A stretch of DNA of 63,661 nucleotides, filler included, from Circinaria calcarea (lineage: Eukaryota), in NCBI GenBank assembly GCA_051942165.1. It is 7 parts of 7 records of this genome, joined end to end, with 100 filler letters (N's around TTAATTAATTAA, not from the genome) between each part and the next. Parts side by side here need not be neighbours in the genome. Positions count along the whole stretch, not along the records: positions 9,131 to 18,152 come from JAVECS010001002.1; positions 18,253 to 27,272 come from JAVECS010001003.1; 5 more parts are not named here. The stretch is one strand, 5' to 3'. Made by a program: the position numbers and the translations under genes. This document shows, one piece after another, positions 14,402-25,307 of the stretch. Below the pieces are notes generated by a model. The model made no database searches. It saw only the letters and a list, made by a program, of their open reading frames with translations, and had not been told where the DNA came from. Numbering within the stretch: the first letter of the stretch is position 1; each line of letters begins with the position of its first letter.

Positions 14402-15991
14402 TAATAAGAAGTGGATAAGAATCCAGACAAGAGAAGAGGTAAAACATAGCCACGTTAATTCTTTCCTATCGGGAAAATTCACCATGTGGGTCTGTTCTTG
14501 GCATGCATTCCCCACCGGCTTTTCCCCATCCGATCTTCACCCATTATCATTTTCATCTCAGTTCATCCAATTTTCATCTCAATTCATTCAAATTTTATCC
14601 GAGTTCATCAAATTCTCATCTCACTTTGTATTTTTATTTTCCCCCTGATTTTCTGTTCGTTAGGATTTGTTCTAATGCAGAGGAGCAGGACCTATATGCC
14701 CTGGAACGAACAACCTCATGGCGCTAGAAAATCGAGATGTCGAGGTAATCCGAAAGCTCTAGAACGCACATAAGTACCCGCAACGCCGGCAGAACCAAGT
14801 CCTACAAGACGTTGGCAGAGCTTACGGAGTCAAATATCGAGATTGCCATAGTGAATGAAGATGAGAGACCAATTACGAAGATTGATTCTACCACCGAATT
14901 CTCCCCAAGAACCCAGCCAACCAGTCGTAAAGAACCAGTCGACCAGTCGAAGGAGTAAGAATAAGGGGTGCGCATTTAGCAACAGCCAAACGTGCCGTGT
15001 ATACAAACGACTACCATAGTTAGGAACGGCTAATGCAGTACGCCTCGTCTCTCTTTATTTCACTCGACCCTATTGAACTCCGGAATCTACAGGCGCGAAT
15101 AGAATTGGCATGGTTGCTCCAAATAAGCCATCGAAGCTCCCTGCGGTTTTAATAAATAATATCTACGATTTGCATCAACATCTCTACAGTAGAGACTGCA
15201 TGCTTGGCTGGGCATTGGTGCTCCAACGCCCCGGGGCCCGGTTTTGAGCGGGTTGGAAACGGGGTGAAATATCTGCTAACAGTTTAATCGATCAAACAAT
15301 CCGCTTACTGTAAGTAATCGTTTCTCTTTCCTTCTACTTGGCTGGTTCTGCTCGAGTTTTGCCGCTCGTTGGAAACCCTCTCTACGCTAACATAAATCGT
15401 GCACGTATAGGGTCATTACCAACTAGCGACTTTCCGTCTTTATACTATCAAGCGCTCAAGACGACAAGCGGGACTTAATCCTCAAGAATTATAGGACAAT
15501 ACCAATGCTGGGATTACGCCTACAGTTACAGACACTCTGAAAACGAAAAAGAGGCGAGGACTAAAAGTCGAGGGATATATGATGGCATTAGAAGACCGAA
15601 AGCCGGGACCGTATTCTCGACTGGGATCGTGAACCACCTGTTTAGTATTATTAATCTTAATAAATACGTCAATATGATAACAGGTAACCGGGTAAGCCTT
15701 ACAAGGAACTTTTAGTTGGCAACCGGTGTTAGGACATATCTCGGCGTTAAGGCTTTAACCAGCAGGGGCAGCCAGCGACAAATGGACAAGGCATATCTAC
15801 AACGGAGGAAGCAGCGCCGTCAACGTCCGCTGGACGGAACTGCAGTATCGCCAGGCCAAAAAGACGATAGTAATCTGAGCCAATTTATCATCCAGACGAG
15901 GGAAGAAGGTCCAATTGGCATTGACAAAGCCAGGGGCTGATTTATCCATCAACACCATCTAATGACATTTGATTCCAGGCCCATTGGTTGG

Positions 15992-16058
15992 AGTAACTGG
16001 GTTAACTGTGACTGGATTGATTGTGACAGGATTGGCTATAACTGGATTGACCATAACT
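15992..16058. repeat. 15-bp degenerate minisatellite
   Basis: GTAACTGGGTTAACT / GTGACTGGATTGATT / GTGACAGGATTGGCT / ATAACTGGATTGACC units. Confidence 0.7.
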
Positions 16059-17257
16059 AGACAGGTCGGATACCTTAACACTTCCTGTCGCTGTGTGTGT
16101 TCGTTTATGCCTGCGATCGTTGAAGCTTTCTTCACAATCCTATTCGTAAGCCCCCAATACCAGCCCGCCGCAATATACATATGATCGACTGGCACACGAA
16201 ATGGTGTTGCTGTTGGTTGTATAACTGTAACATTCAGTCTTGATTACCATCCTTGATTACTGATTTTCCACCAAGTACTATAGCTTAACTTTTCGTAACG
16301 AGGACCAGTCCACCGGTTTTACATCGAACCTCCTTGAACGAGTTGAGGCCCTAGAACAACAACTCACCACCGCCAAGGCTCACCGAGACTGGGCCAGGCA
16401 GAGGGGCCAATACAGCGATTTGCCCGGTAGTATTACGATAGCGTGGACAATGTGACAAAGTCAGTATGGGAGCTCTCCTCCAAACGGAAATGCACAGAAC
16501 GATTCGAGCAGCACGAGGATGGTCGGCAAGCAAACGCAATGACAAACTTCAACGAGCTCAAGTGAGGAACAGCAATAGTGAAAGAGGATGTCGACAAGGG
16601 AAGAAAAGATCCGAGATGCATTGGGACCAAAACTTCGATGTAATGGTGGCTCAACGGATTAGTGTCTGGCTTAGCCAGTAAGTAGCGAGTAGAGGCTATC
16701 ACTACAAGTCTAGCAAGAGATGGCTATAGGAATTCTACCTTTGAATCGGTGGCTTCGATTCTACAGCGATCAAAAGGGTTCTTGAGAGCGAACCTGAGCG
16801 GGCACTAGCGGCGGGGAACGCTTTTTCGGAAGGGAGGGGCATGTTGTGCGAAGGAAAGAGCTGGTTAGTTGGCTCACCAAGGCCTCTGGGCCTCAAAGCC
16901 TGCCTTCGGGCAGTAAATAGGAATAACCACTTCTATTCACACAGATGCGTGCACTCCCGTGACAGGGAAGGAGAGGAGATGGGACTGCAATGGATGAATG
17001 CCCCTGGTGGCAATTTCACAAGATCCAGTACTCGAGGCTTTCAAGCTTTACTTACAAAGCCAAACCTTTATTAACAGAATACGCGATGCCATTCCATACT
17101 TGAATCTATACAGATAGTGATTGACAGAATATTATTGAATTCTTGTGGAGGATATGCCTTGTTAAAAAGTACGATTTGACTCTGCAACCAGCGGAGATAG
17201 GTCATTCACCACCATGGCTAGCCTTCCAGCTACGGTAGGAGCAAGATTGCTGCAGGT

Positions 17258-18152
17258 CTAGGACTTCACAAAGCAAGTTTCCTTGAGCGCATCCGCCTGT
17301 ATAGCCCATACTGGATGGCCTAGTTCCATCAAACGAGGTCCAAACTCTTCGATTAACCTAGACACTTCTTGCTCACTCTCACACTCTTCCTCAACAATAT
17401 AACTTTCCTGGCTCTGAAAGGTCGCATCGTACCAAGCCCGTTTCCATTCTTGAACCGCCTTCACAGCTTCCGGGTGCTGAGGTTGTACTTGCTTTGCTAC
17501 CAAGTAAAACGACGATCTCATTCTATGAGCTCTGAGCGGCTTGAAGAGTTGAACTTTAGAGAACTTGTCAAAGGCATGGATAACGCTGACAGAGTACCAA
17601 CTGTCGACCTTGTGTAAAAGCATGATAAGAGTGCCACCGGCCTTGATACGTTGTAATGCAAGGATTAGTTGCCCAATGGTTAGCCGAGACGCTTCTTTGG
17701 TCTCCCTGTACTCGTGTCGTGTATGTACGTCCGGTCGGAGTACTTGACCATCACAAAGAACAAGATCGTAAACATTACCAACATAAGGGCGATTGATGGT
17801 GAATCTACTAGCCTCCGGATGACTGTCAGGAATCCCTCGGACTCCGAATTCCGCAGCGAGCATGTTAATGTCGGCAAAGAGGATTCGGACTCTACTGTCT
17901 TTCAACAGCACTTTGTGACCGCCGGACTCGTGGGGGAGCGTGACAGCGTCAATTCTGGCAAAGGGATGGCGCTTTAAGACAGAGTGACTATACCCTCCAG
18001 GAGCCATGCAGAGGTCCAAGACCTTTGGCTTCCAAACACCGAGCTCGTAAGCACCTGTAGCTCGGCTCATGTCGCTTCCAATGTTTGACATCAAAGAGAA
18101 GAAATGCTGACATGCTTTTTCGTCTGCCTTGTCTGCTCGCTGGCGCTGTTGC
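17258..18152 (-). CDS. Fungal FtsJ/RrmJ-like SAM-dependent methyltransferase (5' end lost at contig edge)
   Basis: VLDLCMAPGGY SAM motif, DLVLCDG, LIMLLHK, LFKP..H..RSSFYLVAK. The frame stays open up to the gap. Confidence 0.85.
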
Positions 18153-18252
18153 NNNNNNNNNNNNNNNNNNNNNNNNNNNNNNNNNNNNNNNNNNNNTTAA
18201 TTAATTAANNNNNNNNNNNNNNNNNNNNNNNNNNNNNNNNNNNNNNNNNNNN

Positions 18253-18391
18253 TGCTTATAGACCGTGTTCAATAGACTCCATACTATTGAGCCTAGGGCA
18301 ACAGTTCAACTACACCCTATGTAACCGTGCTATTACCAATCGAGACTTAACATATTCCTCATTAGGCCTCAAGGATTGCAGCGCCCTTACA
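18253..18391 (+). mobile_element. 3' part of an LTR (same family as 44884-45149), truncated by contig start
   Basis: Shares TATTGAGCCTAGGGyAACAGTTCAACTACACCCTATGTAACCGTGCTAT and GGATTGCAGCrCCCTTACA with 45004-45149. Similarity ends at TTACA. Confidence 0.75.
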
Positions 18392-18520
18392 ACCTCCCCT
18401 GCCTAGGACCACCTCTATCGTGCCTGGGACCACCTCCCTGCCTGGGACCACCTCCATCGTTCCTAGCACCATCTCCCGTCGTGCCTGGAACCACCTCCAT
18501 TGTTCCTGTGACCATCTCCC
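18392..18520. repeat. Degenerate 18-22 bp tandem repeat, about six units
   Basis: ACCACCTCTATCGTGCCTGGG / ACCACCTCCCTGCCTGGG / ACCACCTCCATCGTTCCTAGC / ACCATCTCCCGTCGTGCCTGGA etc. Confidence 0.75.
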
Positions 18521-18714
18521 GCCTCAGTCACGAGACGAGATTAAGGCCTTAGCTTACGCTATAGCTACTAGTACTCACCTTAATATTAGCGTAGTTAAAC
18601 AACTTTTGGGGCACTCCGTATAAATAAGCTATATCCAAAAGAAGTTAATTAGATATAATTATTAAACGCTTCATAAACTTTGAAAAAATTAGTTATAGCT
18701 CCGTGTCAGGGTCA

Positions 18715-18855
18715 TAGGGGTTGCAAGAATTCAGTTTATCTCCCTTATCAGCTAAGATTTTGCCTAAACGAATCAACAGCTTAGTTTTTACAATATATTA
18801 ATACACGCCTAAACCTCGGCCGATAGGGGCGGGCACTGAATTCTTGCACCCGCTG
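18715..18855. mobile_element. MITE-like element with ~48-bp imperfect terminal inverted repeats
   Basis: Left arm TAGGGGTTGCAAGAATTCAGT...; the reverse complement of the right arm is CAGCGGGTGCAAGAATTCAGT..., with TGCAAGAATTCAGT matching perfectly. The terminus resembles Tc1/mariner (impala/mimp-type CAGTGGG..GCAA) ends. Confidence 0.6.
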
Positions 18856-18990
18856 TGGGGTCATTGATACTAGCGGCTCCTAGCACTAGACTAACAACAC
18901 TTCGTGCCCGCCCAGCATCTTAACGAGCTTGCGCTTATAGTGGCCTCGGCACGGCTAGTAACTACCAGGCATTATCAGATCAGATCTCCC

Positions 18991-19963
18991 TCAATCCTTC
19001 CACTGCCTTCTTCCTGCATACCACTTCACCAAATACACCAATCCGACTAACACTGGCACTTCTATCAGTGGACCAACTGTCGTTGCTAACGCTTGATCAC
19101 TATCCGCCCCAAACGTAGCGACAGCAACCGCAATCGCCAATTCAAAATTATTGCTAGCCGCTGTGAAACTTTGCGTCGCTTGTCGCGACGGTCGAGTACG
19201 ACACCGCAATACCGCTTCCGGACCGACTGATGATTCGAACGAAGAGGATGGCGAGCGGCGCATACAATACTATTTGAAGTACGGAATTGACGGCCACCAG
19301 GATAGCGCAATACTCCTGGTCGCCTCCAGCAAGACCAGTCCAGATGAGGACCTGACTGATTCAGTATAAGCAAGAGACAGAAGAGAATTGCTTACCATAG
19401 CAATACAACGAGCCAGCCCAACAAAGATTAATCCTTCCCTAAGACCAGGCTCATCTGGGAGAAAAGCCCATGCTAGACCAAGTTGTTGGTCAGTCTCTGC
19501 TTCTCCGATGCGGCATCAGACTCACCATAAGGAGTGGAGCGACGAGCTAGTTTATAATAACACTAAAACCGATCTGAACCCAAATTTCTCGTTCTCTAAA
19601 CACGTGGTGGAGTGTTTCAAATTTCACTTTGCAGAGAATCGGGTACATCATGACAAGAAGGCCGATGGCTGCAATGATTAGCGACATCGTGAGACCGGTG
19701 CACGGTAGCATACCAATAGGGACTGAGACGTTGACGAATTTGCCTATCTGTAATGCTGGCCCAATACTTTCAATAAAGTTCCCAAGCAATATGCCGATGA
19801 CTATGGCAAGCAAAATCCATACAATAAGAAGCCGGTCCAACCATCCAAGACTCTTATATACGGAATGTTTTGTATTGTCTTGCTGCTCGTCCTGTTTCTC
19901 GGAGTAGACGCTTGGAGGCTGACTTTGTGGCATGGTTTGAGATTCTAACGGCGATGACTTCAT
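18991..19963 (-). pseudogene. ACR3: Arsenite efflux permease ACR3, disrupted (premature stop plus internal deletion/frameshift)
   Basis: ACR3 motifs [58 protein letters not shown] replaces the expected Trp of N(W)LVAP at 19547-19549. YSTVATS is joined out of frame directly to [12 protein letters not shown] near 19177. Confidence 0.88.
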
Positions 19964-20409
19964 TTTTAACTAACTGTGGTACTCAGGTCTTCTTTCAGAA
20001 AGGTCGATGGTGGGTGAAAATGGAATGTCTGGGAGAGAAATATTATACAAACACAAGGGCGACCTGGTGAGACGATTATATACTCTATAGATTAGTTCGA
20101 ATAGTGGATTGATGGCGTGGAGACATCTCGAAATGATGGTGGAATTTTGATCTGACCAATCATACCATTTGCGTGACATGGCCAAGACTTTTCCCTCTCG
20201 TGCTAACTCCCGAAGTTTGACGTCCTGCTTTCGCCCTGATTCTAAACCTTGCCACGAAGTTATCCCGAAAAACCCCAAATGATCTAAAATAGTTCAATAT
20301 CTCTTTTCCCGTCGATTTGATCTGGGAACATCCAGTGCCATAATCTGTGCTTCAGGACGTATCCCAATTAGTAGCCATTGAGCTCCCCCGTGAAGCTAGG
20401 GTCAAAACC
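19964..20409. promoter_or_regulatory. Shared divergent promoter region of ACR3 and ACR2-like genes
   Basis: Head-to-head starts ~450 bp apart, the same arrangement as yeast ACR2/ACR3. No specific operator identified. Confidence 0.45.
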
Positions 20410-20990
20410 ATGCCGACTGAGGACAGGCCATGGCATGCAGCGTATCCGAAGCCGAAGAATACTTCTCCAGACTCCATTTCTCGCTCAGATTTGTTGGAGA
20501 GACTCAATCGTGGTGAACAGCCCGGTCGGGATTTCCTATTGATTGACCTCCGAAGGAATGACCATGAGGTGAGATATACCACCACTACGTTGATTGTTAT
20601 ATTCTGCACATAACCACTTGATCGTGTCGGCTAATACGCGGGGAAAGGGAGGGACTATTCGGGGCTCGCTAAACCTGCCAACTCAAAGCCTTTACCACAG
20701 CCTCCCAATACTGTACAATCTCTGTGATGCCGGCAGGATCGATATGATCATTTGGTACTGCAGTACGCACCCTTTCACTTGGAAGTATAGTCGGAGTAAT
20801 GTTTGCAGGTTCTTCTAAGGGACGTGGTACAAGAGCTGCCGGCTGGTTTGATGATATAATCAAGGAACAAGGCCACCACAGCATGAAAAGCGTCACCCTG
20901 CTAGAAGGTGTTTCTGGATGGGCCGCTGCAGGAAAAGAATATTCTGACTTGAAGGATGGCTATGAGAAAGAGGTATGGGAGAAGAAGTGA
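20410..20990 (+). CDS. ACR2: Arsenate reductase, Acr2/Cdc25-rhodanese type (2 introns)
   Basis: Exons ~20410-20568, 20648-20762 and 20809-20990: PWHAAYP..LIDLRRNDHE / GGTIRGSLNLP..IWYC / SSSKGRGTRAAGWF. The C-X5-R active loop is intact after splicing. Confidence 0.85.
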
Positions 20991-21098
20991 CTGAATGTAC
21001 AAAGCCTCACTAGGACAAAGCAAGTCTTATGCAAAGACGGCCAGTCTGGCAAAGCTGTAGATGATTTGCTTCAATAATCTCCTTCCAGCGTTTTCGAG

Positions 21099-22517
21099 TC
21101 AACTCGTGGAATGGTTTCTTGCTGTATCTATACGAGATAGACGCTTCCTGTATCTTCGTAGTTCCCAGAGACATAAACTTGCTAGAATATATGATATGCC
21201 GGAAAAGATTTGAGGGTAGAGATATTCCCGTTTCATGTCAGGCCTTCGCAATTGGAGAGCAATCGTTTCCGAGACTAGATTGGTCACCACTTGATCAAGA
21301 TGCATTGTTGAAAGTTACTCACAAGCGCTCGGGAGAACCGTCGTTAGCCAGCCCAGGGAGAGTAAGGAAGGCAACTCTTTGAGACCTGCCACTTCTACAC
21401 AAAGCGGTCCAATGGTCTGCTGATAGTCAGTACGATCACCCACCAGAACAGGACCACTCACAACCCAAAAGACACCAAGAATAGCGCCATTGATGATAGC
21501 AAAGGCGACAGTGACGGCAAATGACTGAAAAGGTAGCCAGAGGATAAAACAGCACAATCCACAGCCCACCGTGAGGAGACCAGCAATCTCAATCCGTCCA
21601 TAACGATCACTTATGAATCCAATGACTGGCCGCCCCAGGGCTGTCCCGAGATTCAAGTATGCAGTGATTTGGACTGACTGGTCTCTCGACAAGCCAATGG
21701 AGATAGCATAATCTGACATGGAGAACAATAATATAATGTAGCCAAACATACCGACGAATGTCCAGGTAAGTAATAGAAAAACATCATATCGGCGCAATAG
21801 CACAACATCAAAAGGGATCGACGCTGGCTGCACAACGTGATTTCGGCTCCTGATGAAGATGGTCGCAAGTGTATTGGCTGTAACAGCCATTATGCCCACC
21901 AACCGCAACGACCATGCCAGTCCAACATTTTCAATCACTGCACCAGTGCTCAGGGAGAATATGATGCCGCCAATACCTGAACCAGCTGCACTGATTCCGT
22001 TGGCAAGACTTCTTCTGGTAGAAAACCATTGAGACAGGATTGCGATACTTGGAACGTAGAGGAGTCCTACCCCAAGACCCACCAAAACACCTTGAGAGAG
22101 GTAGAGCTGCCATATTCGTCGTGAAAATGATGCAGAAACGTAAGCAATACCCAATACCAAAATTCCCAAAGACATTGGCAGATGAATTTCATAGCGGCGA
22201 ACCAGTGCGGTAACTACAGGCGCCGCAAGCATAGCGATGGCGAAGTTTAGTCCTCCAATGAAGGCAAAGTCGATTGGCCGTGCTTCAGTAAAAGTTTCGT
22301 TTGAAAGGTAGTGGGCAAGATAAATGCCATAAGACTGTTTTCATTAGTCTTCTGTTCTACCAGTAAGTGTATGTCACATATGAAGTACCGCGACCACACC
22401 CCAAGTGAAGCCGTTGATAGTGAAGCAAGCTGCCACGCAGACCCAGCCATATCCACCCTCAGGCTCACTTGGCCTATTCTGTAGAGTATGCTCTAAAGTT
22501 TGCATTCTCCTCACCAT
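21099..22517 (-). CDS. MFS transporter, monocarboxylate-permease (MCH/MCT)-like (about 3 introns; start approximate)
   Basis: PEGGYGWVCV N-terminal motif, SQWFSTRRSLANGISAAGSGIGG, GRPVIGFISDRYGR, many transmembrane segments. No internal stops once spliced. Confidence 0.85.
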
Positions 22518-24178
22518 CTAGCCGTGATTTTCATGTTGGTTCTTGCAGAATGCTGACACCAACTGTCCCCTCGTGGTGGGAGGGCATTTGTCATTGAGCA
22601 GTCCTGCCTTCTATTACGGTAGGAGGCATAAGTATTGTTAGTGTGGGCTAGTAACATGTACGTAGTAGTTCTGCGTACAAGGGCCGCGCGTCCTTCGGGG
22701 CGCTAGCCAGTCTTGACCGCTCAGTAATGATTGTGATTGGCTTGGATCCAGGAGCCAGATATCTATCTGACTAGTACTTCTCAAGTAAGGACCGTCCTGT
22801 TAAGGTGATGTCAGATACAAAGTTTCTAGCTTGGAGCTAACAATACTTATGCCTGGTACCGTAGTATTACGTACAGATGTGGCTCGATCGGAAGCTGCAT
22901 ATTCGGAACAAAATTTGCGATGCCGTTTGCGAAACTAATCCATCTTGAGATAAGTGGAGCCAATCATTCTATGGCAGTGACTAAGTGGTTTACGTAGTAG
23001 TTCGAAGCGGCTCACATGTAGCAGCGACCGCCTGGTCCAGCAAAGACCTTTAATAGCAAAACATCTTTCAATCACTACCATAGCGCCGCACCTTCAAAAT
23101 GGCATAAGCTTGGTAAGACACGCGGGTTCCACTGGCGATCTCAACAATGTGTCAGCTATGCGGGCAACAGAAAAGCCAATGCGAGATCCCGAGTATATAT
23201 ATCGTACTCTGGCAATTCCTGAGGAATCTGAAGTACCCTAGATTCGGCAACGTTATAGGCCGTTTCTATTGGATAACAATGTCCAATCCATAGGCTGGAT
23301 AAGCCGCTTGGAGCTCGCGACAGTTTCGAAAATGGCTGAAGAAAGACTTCCAAAGGACTGGGGAAAGACTTCGAGTGCTTGTGCTATATAGAAGCTTACA
23401 CAAACGGTAAGACAATTTTTTTTCGCTGTTCGTGTACTGATGATTCAGTTCATATTTCAAACTGCTTTCGTACGAAATTTCGCACATTATTTTCAGACTT
23501 GGGTGCGATGTCCGAATAAACCTATAAATACTTATTATTGCGATCGTCGATTGGGATATGTGGCACCAGCTTACTGGTAAGATGAATCTTATAGTAATAA
23601 TACCGCACGGGAAGCCGTTGATGAAGAACTCAGCGACAATATATATCCATTTATATCTATCGTCGAGAGGACTAGACCTAGACAATGGCTGCATAGGCTT
23701 CTCCATGGTACCCATCAAAGAGGGAATTAAACAGGTGTGATACACATTTCAATGGCGTTAAGAGTGAAAACGTTTGAATACGAAAAATTACAAGGGCAAG
23801 GTACCTTATGCAACACTACTGCACTTGTCTGTCTTAAGAGATCCTTTATCCCTACAAGAGCCTTCGACCTCCCAATCATGCAAGGAGAATATATCATCAG
23901 GCGTCCAATCAAATAGTGAGTGTGACATGAAGAGCACCTAATAAACTTTCCCATTTCCCCTTGGATTCACATTCATTGACCACTCACGAAGATGGGGAGT
24001 GTCACTCTTCTGGACCCCACCTGCGCCACAATGTAGTGACTTGTGACAAAGCCGTCAAAACCTCAACAATAAATCACCATAAACTGAAGGCCGTCCTCCA
24101 AATTAATTAAGATATATACTTAACTAGCGACAATCCACTAATCAACTTCCATTTCACCATTTCCTAACATCACTCAGC

Positions 24179-25233
24179 ATGTCTACTCTATCAACCGAAA
24201 CAGCTTATGCAACGATTGAAAGTGCTTACAGCTTCAGAGCCACAAATCAGATCTCCAATGGCCTCCGAACCCGCATCACAGCCGCTCTAGGCTATGATCC
24301 CGTCGAAGCCGCCGCGGCGCCCGAAGCGGCGAATATCGGCGAGGGTTGTGGTAATCCATTGCTGATCGCTAATCTCTCTGAGGTATTGCCTCGTGCACGC
24401 TTTCCAATCTATACAGTCGTAGCCGCTAAATCTAGACGATGCTAGGGCCAATCAGTGCTCGATTTGGGTAGCGGCGGTGGCTTCGACTGTTTCCTAGCCG
24501 CGAACAAGGTCGGCCTAAACGGCCGAGTCATCGGCATCGACATGACCGAAGTACGTTTCTCCGCTACTGAAGCCCTCCCAAAGCTGATGACCTTACGTTG
24601 CAGAAAATGGTTGAACTAGCGCGGCGTAACGCCGCTAACGGCGGTTACTCCAATGTCACCTTCCTCAACTCGCGCATTTCGCAACTGCCCGTCGACGACG
24701 CCTCCATTGACTGCGTGCTAAGCAATTGCGTGTTGAACCTTGTCCCGGCCGCCGAGAAGCCGCGTGTCTTTGCAGAGATCCACCGCGTCCTGAAGCCCGG
24801 CGGCTATGTCGCTGTGTCAGACTTCCTAGCATACAAGCCGCTGCCGCAGGAGATGATCGATGACCCCCGGCTGCAGGCCGGCTGCGTCTCCGGTGCCGTC
24901 GAGACAGCCGTCATGCGGAAATACTTGCAGCAGGCCGGTTTTTCAGATATCCTGCTCATGGATTCAAAGAAGGATTTAGGACTGTACAAGGACGGGGGGG
25001 CCGCGAAGAGCGTGACGCCGTGCTGCGCCGGCGGTGCATGTGAGCCGGAGGACCAGGTCACGGCCTCGGGGAGGAAGGAGCTAGATTACGATATCAATGA
25101 GTGGATTGGGAGCTTCCTGATCTATGCGTTGAAAGGGAAGGAGGACGGGACAACGGCCACGGTGGAAACAGCAGCCGTACCGATTGAGAATTCCAAACAA
25201 TCATGCTGCGGTTGCAAACCGGGAGCATGTTGA
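24179..25233 (+). CDS. arsM: Arsenite S-adenosylmethionine methyltransferase (2 introns)
   Basis: GEGCGNP / [18 protein letters not shown] / [23 protein letters not shown]. The conserved ArsM cysteines are present, plus CCAGGAC and a terminal CCGCKPGAC. Confidence 0.92.
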
Positions 25234-25307
25234 AATATGAGCAACGGTTCTCCGGTAATTATGTGGGATTGGAGCATACAGTTGTCTAAGCTAAACATTC
25301 TCTCCAC

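Noticed and set aside
23156..23954. Short minus-strand ORFs between the MFS gene and arsM as a cluster regulator
   Set aside because: No bZIP, Zn2Cys6 or other recognisable motif, and the frames are broken.
19964..24178. Yap8-type arsenic-response elements upstream of ACR2/ACR3 or arsM
   Set aside because: No TGATTAATAATCA-like site seen; TTAATTAA near 24103 is too weak to call.
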